DNA of 64,000 nucleotides from Octopus vulgaris (Eukaryota), in NCBI GenBank assembly GCA_951406725.2, contig OX597817.1:118048001-118112000 (forward strand). The letters are read 5' to 3'. Within the stretch, counting starts at the first letter, position 1. Each line of letters starts with the position of its first letter. The position numbers were made by a program, and so were the translations under genes. Below, piece by piece: positions 12,922 to 27,060 of this stretch. Under the pieces are notes generated by a model. It was not told the origin of the DNA. It made no database searches and worked only from the letters and a program-made list of their open reading frames with translations.

Positions 12922-13048
12922 ATTTTACAGCTGTTTCAGCCATGCAGATATGGGTGCCTCATTATGCTCATATTAGCCATGCGTGGTAGGTTCATATGTA
13001 GTTATAAATGAGACACTTACAAAAATATCCCAAGGCCTCTTCAGAGAT
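12922..13048 (-). ncRNA. Candidate hammerhead ribozyme, mirror copy in the left arm
   Basis: Reverse complement of 13256-13382 with one stem I mismatch. Confidence 0.65.
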
Positions 13049-13102
13049 TATGAAGAACAAACTAAATAGAACATATGTATGTATATTGTTGTATATTATT
13101 AT

Positions 13103-13137
<35 letters not shown>

Positions 13138-13255
13138 AGGAGTATGGGTATATGCACTCATATGTATGTGTATATTATATATTATGGGTATGTACCCACT
13201 CTTGTATGGGTGTACCTCCTCTGATTTTCCTATTTAATTTAGTTTGTTCTTCATA

Positions 13256-13382
13256 ATCTCTGAAGAGGCCTTGGGATATTTTTGTAAGTGTCTCATTTAT
13301 AACTACATATTAACCTATCACACATGGCTAATATGAGCATAATGAGGCACCCTTATCTGCATGGCTGAAACAGCTGTAAGAT
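13256..13382 (+). ncRNA. Type I hammerhead ribozyme candidate with ~100-nt stem II domain
   Basis: ATCT CTGAAGA GGCC..(92 nt)..GGCT GAAA CAGCTG TA AGAT: all core nucleotides present, stem I ATCT/AGAT, palindromic stem-loop III. Confidence 0.75.
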
Positions 13383-13591
13383 GTAGTTTATATTTATATT
13401 TGTATTTATTTATATTCACTTATCCATGTTGTAATTATTGTATCTTATTACTCATTGATGTACATTGTTTTGTTCTATATTATTATGTTTGACCTTAATG
13501 TTCATATGTAGTGGGTTAATAAATTATGTGATTGCGTATTATCTAGTAGTTGATTATTGATTAAGATGTATTTCTCCATTTTCTTATTTTG

Positions 13592-13623
<32 letters not shown>

Positions 13624-14945
13624 CCAACACATTCATATGTGTGTGTGTGTGTGTGCTTTTAAAGAGACACTATGCAACTACACGCTCCCATCTTTAGCAA
13701 AACAATTATATATGCAAGGAAAAATTGATGACCGCATTGCACCACATACTGTATAGAGTCAGGTTTAATATGAAGTTAGACAACAACAACATATCCGTGA
13801 CTAATTACAAATACCGTTGTCTAATTAGCGAAGCACATAATTTAGACATTTAGAGTATAATATTCTATTTAGTTTATATGATTAACACCAAGAAACTTCA
13901 TAATTCATTGCATTGCTTCAAGAGCGTCTGGTATTTCTTTGACTGTATCCTACTTCTAGACACACAATAAGTTCGATCTTGTTCATCATATTTTGCTATA
14001 TCATTTGTTCAGTCTGTGAAGAATATAGGGTACGTTAATTAACATTCCTAATCCAAGAGAGAAAACTTGAAGCAGTATGTATATAATCGAAATGCTCAAT
14101 AAAAATAGAAAATAACGTTAACATTACCTTACATTTCAGAGAAATAAATATCCATTCCTAACCAGCGAATCTCAAATCAAAATTCTAACAAGCAGTAATT
14201 TGTCGGTTGTTTCGACTTACAAGAAGGCTTGGAATTATTTTCCGTCAAATCCCAACTTTCGAAATGGTGTTATTAGAGCATATAGCTTGTATTATAGTGC
14301 GCAGATGTGTGTGTGTGTGTATACATGCGTGTGTGTGTTTGTTAGTGCGTGTATGCATGTACGTATGCATACACAAGAGGCAGTATGCATGTACGTGTGC
14401 ATAGATAGTATTAAGTTCATTATTTGTGAGTGTACTCCTTGGATATATAACAGTGATAATTATATTCATGAAAAACGATAGAGCTTTCTCTGTGAAATTA
14501 CCCAGGCACCAGCTCACAGAGAAACATGAATTCACATATTCAAATCTTCAACCATACGCGCACAGATACATACAAGCATGCATTCATATGTCAGTGTGAT
14601 TGTAATTTATGTGACAGTGTGAGTCTTCGTGATCCTGCAAAATATATTTTTTTGTTAGGGGCATTCTAACAAACATGCAATGGCATATGGTGTGATAGTT
14701 TCCGGGGATAAAATCAAATGATCATTCACAAATTTTGTTCTGCACAGAATCTACCTATGTAGATATTTTTCCTTAGGTAAGTTGAAGTAATGTTGAAAAA
14801 TAAAAGAGAGAAGATATAATAAATAGTTTATGTATTTGTTTTGTAAGGGTTTGATGTGAAACCGTATGTTGCAACAGATATTGTTATACATGGGGATGAT
14901 CAAATTGAATAAGCAGAACAAGATTGGTCCAGGCCATGTCTAACA

Positions 14946-15162
14946 TATATATATATATATGTACAATATGCTAAATGTAGACCAAATATCGTGTCTACAT
15001 TTAGCTTATTGGATGTCCACTTAATGGTCATCCTTCTTACATGAATGTAATATAATTTTTCAAAATCTTCAGATTTTTCACTATACTAGGCTACTGGTTT
15101 AAATATTAACGAAATTAATATCAATTTATTACTCTTATTACTTAAACATACATATATATATT

Positions 15163-15197
<35 letters not shown>

Positions 15198-15484
15198 ATA
15201 TACTATAATACATTTATGTATGTTTGTATATATGTGTGGGTGTGCGTGTGTATGTATGTATATATATAGATTGATAGATAAAACTTACTTGGAAGAGGAT
15301 GCGTGGCGTTCAATCATATGACACTATATATATATATGTAAATATATATATATAGTGTCATATGATTGAACGCCACGCATCCTCTTCCAAGTAAGTTTTA
15401 TCTATCAATCTATATATATACATACATACACACGCACACCCACACATATATGTACAAACATACATAAATGTATTATAGCTATAT

Positions 15485-15519
<35 letters not shown>

Positions 15520-15716
15520 AATATATATATGTATGTTTAAGTAATAAGAGTAATAAATTGATATTAATTTCGTTAATATTTAAACCAGTAGCCTAGTATA
15601 GTGAAAAATCTGAAGATTTTGAAAAATTATATTACATTCATGTAAGAAGGATGACCATTAAGTGGACATCCAATAAGCTAAATGTAGACACGATATTTGG
15701 TCTACATTTAGCATAT

Positions 15717-15735
<19 letters not shown>
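14946..15735. repeat. Near-perfect ~790-bp palindrome centred on a (TA)n tract at ~15340
   Basis: 14961-15335 is the reverse complement of 15345-15721, including the internal microsatellites. Confidence 0.95.
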
Positions 15736-15765
<30 letters not shown>

Positions 15766-15780
15766 ATATATATATATATA

Positions 15781-16153
15781 CTAGCAGTATCGCCCGGCGT
15801 TGCTCAGGTTTGTAAGGGAAATAACTATAAAGCATCTTTAGAGAGTTATAGCCAAAAAATAGCAAAAAATGGAAAAAAAAATGATGGTAAATTTTTTTGA
15901 GAGTAAAAAGGTTGAGTTGCGTCCCCTAGACAGTCTGTGGTTTGTTTTTTTTATTCTCGACCCCATGTCGAATTTATCGATTTTTTTCAGAACTGGGGGA
16001 ACTTTTCAAAATTTTCGCTGCGTTAGTTTTGAATTATGACATTGGGCTATGCGTGTGTCAAGTTTCATCAGAATCGGTTGAAAGCCGTGGTCAGGGTGAG
16101 GGTACGAGAAAACAGACACACAGAAACATACAGACAAACTCCGTTTATATATA

Positions 16154-16155
<2 letters not shown>
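15781..16155 (-). mobile_element. Non-autonomous Helitron-like element
   Basis: Minus strand starts TC (16155) and ends CTAG (15781), with a subterminal imperfect GC-rich hairpin (gcccggcgttgctcaggt) and acagac-type repeats; lies within (TA)n. Confidence 0.7.
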
Positions 16156-16184
<29 letters not shown>

Positions 16185-16254
16185 CGTATATACATAATTA
16201 TATGTACATGCTTATATCGATACGTATATATATATATATATATATAAATATGCA

Positions 16255-16360
16255 TATGTGAGCACAGCACGTCATAAAGTGTGTACAACACAAAAATACG
16301 AAGTACGAGTACATGGAATATAAACTATTTTTTCGACCAACAAAAGACACAAATGGAACA
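16255..16360. repeat. Truncated copy of the 8085-8470 element
   Basis: agcacag.acgtca...acgaagtacgagtacatggaatat shared. Confidence 0.8.
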
Positions 16361-19300
16361 CTTTCGTTATCCTTTCTCTCTCTTATTCTTTTACGTCCAT
16401 GTCCCGCTATTGTATCCTATTACTCTGATATAAGAAAATTAATAAAATATCCACTTATATTGCCTTTAGTCGCTTAGATTATTAAAAATTTATTATATGC
16501 TATTAAATTAGTATATCATTAAAGTTGCCATCTATGTATCATACTTAATACATGCACACTATCGATTGGCCTGTCAACGTAGTATTTGTCCTGAGATAAC
16601 GTCTTTTATGGATTGTCATGTTAAAGACACAGAAGATATTAGAGACGAAACACCGTCCCAGCTGCTGCCAGCCTAAATGTCAAATGAATTGATTACAATA
16701 CATAACTATTATTAATACGTACCTACACCAATTGGCCATGCCGAATTTTAATTAACCAAGGCATTTTTGGAATGTTCTGATCAGTTTCTCTTCTCCTGGC
16801 GAATTCTCGCTTGTGCATGTGGCTGTTTGCAAATATGTATCATTAAAAAGCCCCAGTTAAGCCGAAATGCATCTAGCACCGTCATTAGCGATTGGTGATA
16901 TGAATGTTCGTCTCTCATTTTCTGTTATATCTATTGTATTTTTTTACAGAGCAGGTAGAGCTCTCCGGAAAAATACTGCAGTAACTGATATATCACCAGT
17001 TTGTATGCGTTAGGCACGTTGTGTGTGTGTGTATATGTGTGTGCGTGCGTTCTGTGTGTGTGCTTGTGTATGTACATATTTTTTAAATATAATTATAGAT
17101 GCACATACAATCGTATTTAATAATTGACTAAATCATATATAGTGCCAAAGGCATGTCCATATTTAGTTATTATTAACATTCTTAAAAGTTGTTCAAGTTT
17201 AAGTTGGTGTTAAATTATAACAATGTGTCTGGAAATGTTGCTAAACATCGTAATTTTTGTTCAAAACAATTATTTCAGGAATCGTATAATTTCCTAAAGG
17301 TAATTTAAAATAGATTATTTCTTGGATATGCTTTTAAATTTGCGACATGTCTGTATGTATGTATGTATGTGTTCGTTAGTAGATACCGTACTGGCTGATG
17401 GGCGTAAGCTATTCTCAGCTGATGGAGATGTATTTATTAGTTTTGTAAGGAAGCACAGTTGGTGGTAGCTAACTGTTTCTTCCAAAGAAAAGTAAGAGAA
17501 CATCAAGGAATTAAGAATTTACATGCTTACAGGGATGACTGTTCGTTATCTGCAGATAAACTGATCACTTACGACATGTTTACGTATTATTGTTTATCTA
17601 TTAGCTGAGCCTAATCAAACTTACTTTGGCCAGTGCAAAATTTATCGTGTTTTTTACATAGATACATTACGTTTTAAAGTATCTTGGCCTTTAGCAATTT
17701 GCATAATAAAAACTGGCAAATCATATAGCACATTTTAGCTAATGACATGCATTTAAATTTAAAGAAATAGCGGTGTACTAATGACATACAGAGAACTTCT
17801 CATTTAAAATTTAGTTCTTATTTGAAGAAAATATATAGAATACTAGTGGTACTAATTGTCACAAAGGGCGACCATTTTAGGCATAGGTTAATTAGTACAT
17901 GAAAGCATAACTCAAGTTCAAATTCATGCCATTGGTCCAAATGAGCTATTTCTATAGCTTGTTTTATTTTGTTATTAGAGAAAAGGAACAGCACTTTAGA
18001 GAAATGTACTGATGTAAATTATATTTTGCGATACAATGGATATTGTTTATATATATATATAAATGAAAATTCAGAATTTACGTTATAAAATATAGATGAG
18101 TTATCAAGAACGATATTATCTTAGCAAAATACTAAACTTACAGGCAACGTTTTGTGAGAGGAGTAAGTGAACATCAAATTTACCTGGATCAAAACTCGTT
18201 TAAAGAGGTTGGAATGCTAGTATAATATAACACAAAATATTTACAGGAAATGGAATACAGTCAAGAAAATTAGAGTTCATGATAGAGTTCATAATATATT
18301 AAGTATCTTGAGATCAGTTCAAATATGTTTGGGATAACTTATATGTTATATATGTTTGGTTAAATAGCATTTTCTCTACAGTTTGCTTTAGAGAAAATTC
18401 TTGCGTTAACGATAACTGTTAAAAGCACCACAGTCAGTCCATAGCATTTGCTATAGTAGATGCATTTCTTGCCTGTTACCGATCTTCAGTCCCGCTGTAC
18501 CGAACGAGACGTCAATAGCACTAGACCTTTCTCTGGTATACAAAGACTGATTTGAAGGTAAGCTTGCTCATATTACTGACGACACTGCAAAGAAGGTATT
18601 CCATTTCATATCATCATATTGTTAGGACTATGATTTACTTCGATTTTTCTACTTGAACATTTTCAAACAATGTTCACGTATTGTTATTGTTTTATTGTTG
18701 TTGTTTGTTTTTGTTGTTGTTGGGTTTGACCTGTTTCTGTTCTTGCTCTTGCTGTTATATATATTAATTCTACTGACACCTTACTTGCTGCAGATAAGAA
18801 TATATGTCTTACGCTGGAATATTAAGCTATGTTCGTGTACACTTGTGGTAACATATTAAGATACGGTTAATATTAGTCGAGAGTAGAATATTTAACGAAT
18901 ATAAGATTCCGACATTACAAAATAGGATTCTTGTCATGCTCATTTATTATTTACTAAAGTATGAGTTACTATTTTATGTTCAGGCTCTACAAGACAGACA
19001 ATATTGATTTTTCGCCGATCATTTATATCGACATTGGTACCATTTAGACAATGCATCGTTAGAGACGTACATACAGAGAACAAACCGATAAATGCTAAGT
19101 CCGGTTAGGATTCGAGAAAACGATGTCCTCTGTTAAACACCATTATCAAGTAATTCAATACTAGAAATCCTCGCTTATATTTCAGAATTATAAAGCATAT
19201 TTTTCCGTTGTTCAGATACACATGAAATATATATAATTTCGTGCAATCTTCATTTACTTTACATTGACGCTTTCTGTTCTATTCAAAGTAGAAATGGTAC

Positions 19301-19899
19301 CACTATAATTATAATTATAGCTAAATTCAACCGCTATATACATGTCAGTCCGATGCATTCATAAATGCCAGAATCTGCAAAGCTTCAGCCCATTAAAGAG
19401 GGGGAAATTTGAAAGAGAGCTTGCTGGTAGCAATAGTAATGCACAGAGTAAGACACACTGGCACACACATGTGTGTATTTGTGTGTATCTGTCTGCATTG
19501 CGTTCTCACAGTTTATAGTTGTATTTACAATATGTTCAGAAAATTCGTAGGCTTTGCAACATTAAACAGAGTTTTGACAGTGTCATAATACAGATGTGAT
19601 CTCCGAGTCCTTAGAATTCATATTACGAAATAGCATCCCCAGGAAGGACGTTATTTTACTTGTATTGACATGGGGGAGAAATCTTTTTTCTACCCCACTC
19701 TCCTTGATTGCATACCATTTGCTGATGCATTTTCTATGCCTCCAGACACACCTGGAATACCACTTTTTGCGACTTGCATATCCAGGTATTTATTTACAAT
19801 GATGTCATTAGTTAACCATGCTACCATAACAAAAATATTTTGCTCTTAACAATCGGAAGATATATTGGTCTGATATAGTTAATATACTTTTAGAATATA

Positions 19900-20700
19900 C
19901 TATCTAACAACTATCCTGCATTTATTGTCGGTCTTCAGTTTGACACACTCAAGAAAATTGTTATATTTTCGATACAGCAGTAGGGGATTCCTAGAGTCAT
20001 AGGTCTTCTATCAAAGTTACTGACTCCCAGAAAAAAGTTGGAATAAGAATTACTATGTTGGTCAACTCTGTCTTTATACATTGTTAGGCCGAGGCTCTGG
20101 TTGCTCAGATGTTTACCTAGCAAACTATACGTGGTTCCCGAGGAAGCGATCTTAGGGCATCTTTTTACAAGTCCTCGCATATTCTGATTTGCTAAGGACA
20201 CTGCACACTGCTTTCCGTACTTTCATTGCTTTCTTGAGATACCTTTTCTTTTATTAGCTGTTATCTCCCGTTATTTGTATTTATGAAGAGGGATTTAAAA
20301 CCTTGGCAATTTTACTCCAAAGGCGACCCTAGTGATAGCATAATAAATATCTTCAAACGTGACTTGTGGTCTGATTCCTCCCTATTAGCTCACTTATTCT
20401 GTGTGCTATAATTTCATCTATATCCAACCACTCTTCTTTCGGATTTGGGGGACGCAAGTTGAACATTTCGCCTTTGGCATCAAGAATAAAAGCAAATGCC
20501 TTGTCTGCATCAATAATGATGTTGTTCTTGGAACAAGAATGCGACAACTGGTCTTGATTTATGGATATATTTTCTTCAAATGGACATTCTTGGGAGACTT
20601 AATTCACCATGTCTTCGTCTCATAGTTGGGTGTGCAGGACCAGTTGTTTTCGGGTTAGCATCGATAGTTTCATCATTGTAACCCATTTTAGTTGAAGAGA
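19900..20700 (-). mobile_element. Possible very old L1/Tx1-like RT remnant
   Basis: Peptide scraps IIIDADKAF, IIAHRISELIGRNQT and IAKVLN resemble Tx1/L1 RT motifs, but their order is imperfect. Confidence 0.3.
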
Positions 20701-20719
20701 GAGGAAGCGAGAATCCACA

Positions 20720-20767
<48 letters not shown>

Positions 20768-20769
<2 letters not shown>

Positions 20770-21880
20770 TAATATAGGATAACATTTTCGAAAAAGCTTT
20801 ATCAGTTGCCAGCATATTAAAAAAATACCTTTAAAGGCTAAATTTATAAACAACTTATAAACTAGGGCAAACAAAAAGATTCCAATGCCAAATATGCCGA
20901 AAATAGACTTAAATCGTCAATAACCACATAATTCATCACAAGGACGCGTCTCGAAGCAAGCCGACAGAAATTTCTACAAAAATTCCGTTATTACCACATC
21001 TGCCCCGATTTCTGTGTTAATTCATAAAGAACGTTCTCGTCGTCAGCGGTAAATACGATTAGAAATAAATGAGATACTTGCTTGCATCCATGGAAGAAGT
21101 AGACACCAAGTCATGTGTACACTTAAGTACTCCAAATATATCCAAAATAGAAAATTCTACAGCACACTTCGAGACACATGTGATTAGACTGAAAATTCTC
21201 ATAAAGTGAGAGTTCGGAAGTGAATAGTATTAAATTTACACCTAATATAGGATAAAAGTTTTCGAAAAAATTTCATCAGTGGCCAGCATATTAAAAAATA
21301 TCGTATCTATCGCTAATGACGAGAAAATGCTTTATGAATTAAGTCAGAAACAGTGCCGATTCGGTTATAACGGAATTTTGTAGAAATTTCTGTCGGCTTG
21401 CTTCGAGACGCGTGCTTATAGTGATGAATTATGTGGTTGCTCTATTACTGCTCTTTTACTTGTTTCAGTCATTTGACTGCGGTTATGCTGGAGCACCGCC
21501 TTTAGTCGAGCAAATCGACCCCGGGACTTATTCTTTGTAAGCCCAGTACTTATTCTATAGGTCTCTTTTGCCGAACCACTAAGTGATGGGGACGTAAACA
21601 CACCAGCATCGGTTGTCAAGCAACGCTAGTGGGACAAGCACAGATACAGAAGCATATACACACACATACATATATTTATATATATATACATATATACGAC
21701 AGGCTTCTTTCAGTTTCCGTCTACCAAATCCACTCACAAAGCATTGATCGGCCCGGGGCTATAGCAGAAGACACTTGCCCAAGATGCCACGCAGTGGGAC
21801 TGATTGACGATTTAAGTCTATTTCCGCTATATTTAGCATTGGAATTTTTTTTCATTTTGCCCTTGTTTATAAGTTATATA
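20768..21880. mobile_element. Diverged fold-back element with an internal direct repeat, interrupted by a SINE
   Basis: ~20850-21059 is the reverse complement of 21300-21438 plus 21803-21878; 20769-20828 is directly repeated at 21242-21300; starts at a (TA)n tract. Confidence 0.85.
21450..21803 (-). mobile_element. SINE family B, 5'-truncated
   Basis: Reverse complement of family B body and tail. Confidence 0.9.
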
Positions 21881-22810
21881 TATAGAGGAATAAAGAATGA
21901 TTCATGAGTGTTTTTATTTATTTTCCAATTTAAATTTTCACATAGAATTAAAATGCATTGGCAAAATAGTGTACGTCATTTGAGAGGGTCGCTTTCACTT
22001 AAAAAGTTAGTATCTTTTGATTTTTGAAATTTAATGAATTAAAAGGGAATGTCAAGTGGACAAAACTGACCGTTTTCGACACCAAACTGGATGCATTGGT
22101 TGCATACAATTCATAATTACTTATAATTTAAGCTACACGAACATTGCATGTGCATATTTTATTGAACGCATTATTAGGCGGCTTTCAAACACTCCGCAAT
22201 TAAAAGATAGCCTGGAAGAAGGCGAACAACAGACTACATTTTTATGGTATCTCAAGATAAGTTAACAAAACCATCAATGTCTTTTATATTAAATCTTTGT
22301 CAGTACTCTCTTGGAGGTATTCAAATCAGCAGACAGTTGCGTTCCAACGTACGTATGAGTAAAAGAATTTTCATAAGTAAATTACGTTGTAATATGTTGC
22401 ATATCATTGAATAATCGATTCTAAAATGGTTTTCTGAGTATGTTTTGTCTATTTTATCCTGCCAGAGATTTATACAAGTAACTTAAAATTTTGTAGACTT
22501 GGATTGTCCAACACGGTGCTTGAACATTTCTAAAAGAAATTTTTACGTTCTAAATTTTATGTTAAGTCCCACGTTACGATGGTTCGTCTTTGGCACGGGA
22601 CTAAATTATCTAATGTACAAAATGAATCACATACTTGTAATTCATGTCCTTATATATGTAATAAAATTTGTAAAAGGATTTAAACATCTTTTCGAATACA
22701 TTCATTCATATGTGTGTTTGTGTGTGTGTGTATGTGTGTGTGTATGTGTGTATGCACGTTCATACATATTTATGCGTTTGTGTGCGTGTATATGAGTGCG
22801 AATTATATGA

Positions 22811-22960
22811 TGGGCATGCGTGGTTTAATGGTTAGGGGGTTGCACTTATGGTCATAAGATTCTGGCTTTGTATTCATGCCCTAGACAATACGCTGTTTTC
22901 TGAAGCAATACAGATCATTTCACGTTGCTCTAGTCTTCTCGGCTGGTTAAAGTGTTAGTT
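22811..22960 (+). mobile_element. Degenerate tRNA-derived SINE head
   Basis: gcgtggtttaatggttagg box-A-like start followed by decayed SINE-like body. Confidence 0.4.
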
Positions 22961-23469
22961 AAACTATTATTAGATCAATGGCATCCTCTATTGGAATCCT
23001 AAATACATTTCTGCTTCGATATACATTTCGCTGTAGAGGATATGAAAGTGAGGTAAATCTGACCGAAGGTTTTCTTTCAACACAAGGTTACCGTTTTTTG
23101 CTGTATTTTGCCAGTAATCAGTCAATAATAGGAACTGATAGGCGCTCGTAATCCGTATGAACATATAATTAAGTATTAGCGCGAAGAAATGAAGAGAAAT
23201 AAGCATTGTCAATGTATAACTTTTACGATAAGAGAAAACTTTTCCACCGTAAACGGCTGTCAAATTACGTTTTGAGGTTAAAATACGCCACAAACATATT
23301 TGAACTCACCTAAAGTTTGCTTACACGACTAAGGATAACGTAACGAGCGAGAAATATATATAGGGGTCCAACAATGGGGATCAAATATCTGATAATTGTT
23401 TATTTACGTATTTTCTACTTAGAATACAGTAGAATTTATGTTAGATATAATTACAAAACGAATACTATA

Positions 23470-24400
23470 TTCTATGTGGCTTCCATTGTTTGCATTTTCA
23501 GCCTCCACACAGCCCTAGAACCCAGGACAACATTTGACCACTAAATCACTGGACATCATGACCTACTTATCATTGATGGTAACCTTCGCAGATTTTGTTG
23601 GTGGCCTGCTTCAAAATGCCACACACGGCATTGTCCAGAGGGTTGAGATCCGGGCTGAAAGTGGGCCAGAAATCCGCAGTCCAGTAAGCAGTACTTAGTA
23701 TTTACAACACATAGTACTTATCCTCCCGATAGTTGGCCTTGATCGTTGGCAAGCTATGGCACCTCAGCATCTCGTAGTAGGCATCAGTACCCACCTATTC
23801 TTCGGTATTGTAGTAGATGGGCATCTTATTTCCGTGACAAGACACAACACCGAAGGCCATAACCTGTGCTGCATGTTTTTGTCAGCTGTTGACGTTGCAA
23901 TGTACCGATCGTTTTAGCGGTTCACAACGATGTCACATGTGATGTCGTCAGACAAAATATTTACAGTGGACCCGTTTTTCGTCAGGCATGTGAGAACGTT
24001 TTTTGTAACTTTCGTGTCTCCTGAACATCATAGGTTCTGTCAGCAGGTGTTTCGGTGTCCTGGTGTAAGACTGGAGGGCCAAGTCTTCATTCACAGTTGC
24101 TCTGATGGTCTTGAGGTTTACTTTAAGTTCAGAAGCCAACTTCGACTTGCAAGTGGCTGGGTCCGTTGAAATTTTGTACATAGGATGTTGACTCTGTTTC
24201 CCGTTGGCCCCCAACTCCGACAGACATTCTCTGAACGCCATTTACGATGTCCATTTTCTCCTTGACGCTATAAACTGTGCGTAAGGATAGTCAGTTCATG
24301 CTTGATTTCCCCTTCCGATCGACTCGTGCACGGAATAAATTTCATACTCTTTGGCATTTGTCTTCAAGTGCAGTCATATTCTCCAATATTTCTGCCCAAA
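23470..24400 (-). mobile_element. Tc1/mariner superfamily transposase pseudogene, maT/DD37D-like
   Basis: Minus strand gives HTH region KLASELKVNLKTIRATVNEDL, KHAAQVMAFGVVSCHGNKMP and PTFSPDLNPLDNAVCGIL (SPDLNPLD-type third Asp); many stops and frameshifts. Confidence 0.8.
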
Positions 24401-24452
24401 ACTATTTTATCATTAGCTGACAACGTATATATATATAAATATATACATATAC

Positions 24453-24496
<44 letters not shown>

Positions 24497-24508
24497 AAAT
24501 ATCTCTCT

Positions 24509-24546
<38 letters not shown>

Positions 24547-24608
24547 CCTCTATATATATATATATATATATATGTACATAGATACCTATATATATAGTTA
24601 CGTAAATA

Positions 24609-24657
<49 letters not shown>

Positions 24658-26892
24658 AGATACCTATAGGTATGTGTGTGTGTGTTTGTGTGTTTGCGTT
24701 TGTATGTAATGTGCGGGTATATGTGTGTATTTTTGCCTGTTTCTATGCGATTATGCACGCTTAGTCATCGAATTATGCCTCATGAGATAATGCATGCGTA
24801 TGATTTTCACATGTATGGTCATATGTATCAAATGTTTTGGAGTAGCATGCAAAGCAACCCTGATATGAACATCGGCAGAGTTTCATTTTTTCGGCACATC
24901 AACTATGTATAACTATAGGTTGTTACACTCAATACTTTATACGTACACTTCTCCTTTGAAGTTCATACAATATATTTCCTAGTCCATATTTTACAATCGA
25001 ATTACAAGTTTTACAGAGTAGTAAGGTATTTGAGCCCATTTGTCGTACTAAAATGTTCCTACATGGCTTTTGCTTTACACGACTTAATAATTCTAATTTA
25101 TCTCTTTTCCACATTTTTTTTACTATCTTCTGGAATTGAAACTTATCTTTGTATACAATAGGTATGAATACACAAATTTCTGGACTAATCCGGCTTCGGT
25201 TCTATAAAATATGGTTTTACAGAGTTCATACTTCGTATTTATAAAGGTATAATCAATAATCCAATTCAAACATCTAATGTTTTAGTACCGATTATTCATA
25301 ACAACATGAAGATATCCATACAGGTACGTACTCTAACTTGCCGTGTTTAGCCTATAGACTTTCGAAGTTAGTATACCAGTACATATTTTCTAAACTTTAT
25401 AAATTGATATTCTTCTCGTTCGTACATTTAAAAATAAAATTGTGTATTCTTGGATAAACGCAAATAACAAGATCACATAATACTTTTTTTTAAAGTCAAT
25501 GTATATCTGCTCATATTCAAATATCTATGGGTGATTTTCATTTTCTTGCACAAGTGAAGCTCGTCATTAATGCAAATCCAGTTTGTTGTAGTTTTGATTT
25601 TATATTTACCTTCATGGATGTATTTTTAGATATTAATTGACAGTTACAAATCCTATATTAATCGACTTCATATTTAAGAAGGAAAATATTCGGTGTTTCC
25701 GACAGTTTTCTTTCTGATATTACATCCCGACATGTTTCCAATGCGTCTAATAGTAGCACATATATGTTATAAATGTAACTCCTATTTTTATCCTACGTTT
25801 CGTATGTTCCACAATTCTAATATTTCTTACTGATTACTTGAGAAACAACCAAATATTATAAATATCATTCGTTTAAGAATAAAATTGTCAATGTGATTAA
25901 CACATATTTACAAATAATTTGGCATGGATAAATAAAGGTGATTATGGAGTAAGAAAACATGTTTTCAGACACTGCATCGTAAATTTATCGCAGAGTATTG
26001 ATTAACCTTAATCTTCTCTTTGCAATCAAAAATAAATAACGGTATTTTGTATATTTTTGCATTTTGCATCAGAGACGATAAAGCTGAAATTAAATGTCAC
26101 CTTACAAAAGCAATATTTATAGAGTAAAAAGATATATTAAGTCTCCATAAAAGTATATTCAAAATTGTATATTCTCAATAATCAGCAGATAAGTTTTCTG
26201 GGGTTTTTTTTTATACGCAATATAAGATAACATAATAATTGAAAAACAAAACTTGTCTTAGTAACTACAGAACTGTTTAAGTCCATCTAAATTTCCCGGT
26301 TATCCTAAAATCTATATCATTCATATTTTGTGAAAAACATCAAGTATGATTAAACCATATATAAGACACTTCATTAACTTACTAAATATATTACATATGT
26401 GTTCTGAAATATGCGCATGCCTCCAAGTATTGAACACTAGTGCTAATGCAACGGAATCTATACAATGATGTATTCTTAAAGTAATAATATTAAGGGCATT
26501 GTATTATTTGTAGCAAATATAATTTATTGTTTCATTTTTGAAATTTACGACGTAGGAAGGTTTAATATAAACTCTAAAGAACTTGAGTTGATTTATGACA
26601 GAATTTTATGAGATTCGGTAACACAATTATATTGATATATACGCAGCCTGTCTTTTGTGAACATAAAATGTAAAAAATGTTTAATGGATATTTTCGATAT
26701 TACGAATATTCAAAGTGGACTTTCGCATAACATTTCAGAGCTTATTGGAAATTAAAGTAACTACACTACATACAAAGGTGCATCAAATTTTTTCAAGTTT
26801 ATCATCTCTGTCTATCTGAAATGCATAGATAGGTAGATAGATTAATATATATATATATATACACACACACATATATATATATACATATATAT

Positions 26893-26925
<33 letters not shown>

Positions 26926-26934
26926 CATATATAT

Positions 26935-26970
<36 letters not shown>

Positions 26971-26973
<3 letters not shown>

Positions 26974-27060
26974 ATTATAACTAAGGATACCAAAGAGGCA
27001 TCACCATGCCACAAATAGCATGGTGGTGGCTCTTCAGTACCCTTGATTATGATTGTATTA
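26971..27060. repeat. Short fold-back next to (TA)n carrying a hammerhead-like 5' core
   Basis: aaggataccaaagaggcatcaccatgc / gcatggtggtggctcttcagtaccctt; minus strand reads CTGAAGA GCC. Confidence 0.75.

Larger units (their letters stand above)
12533..13594 (-). mobile_element. Asymmetric fold-back element with ~360-bp arms, anchored in (TA)n
   Basis: 12710-13070 is the reverse complement of 13228-13594; unique extension 12533-12710. Confidence 0.92.
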
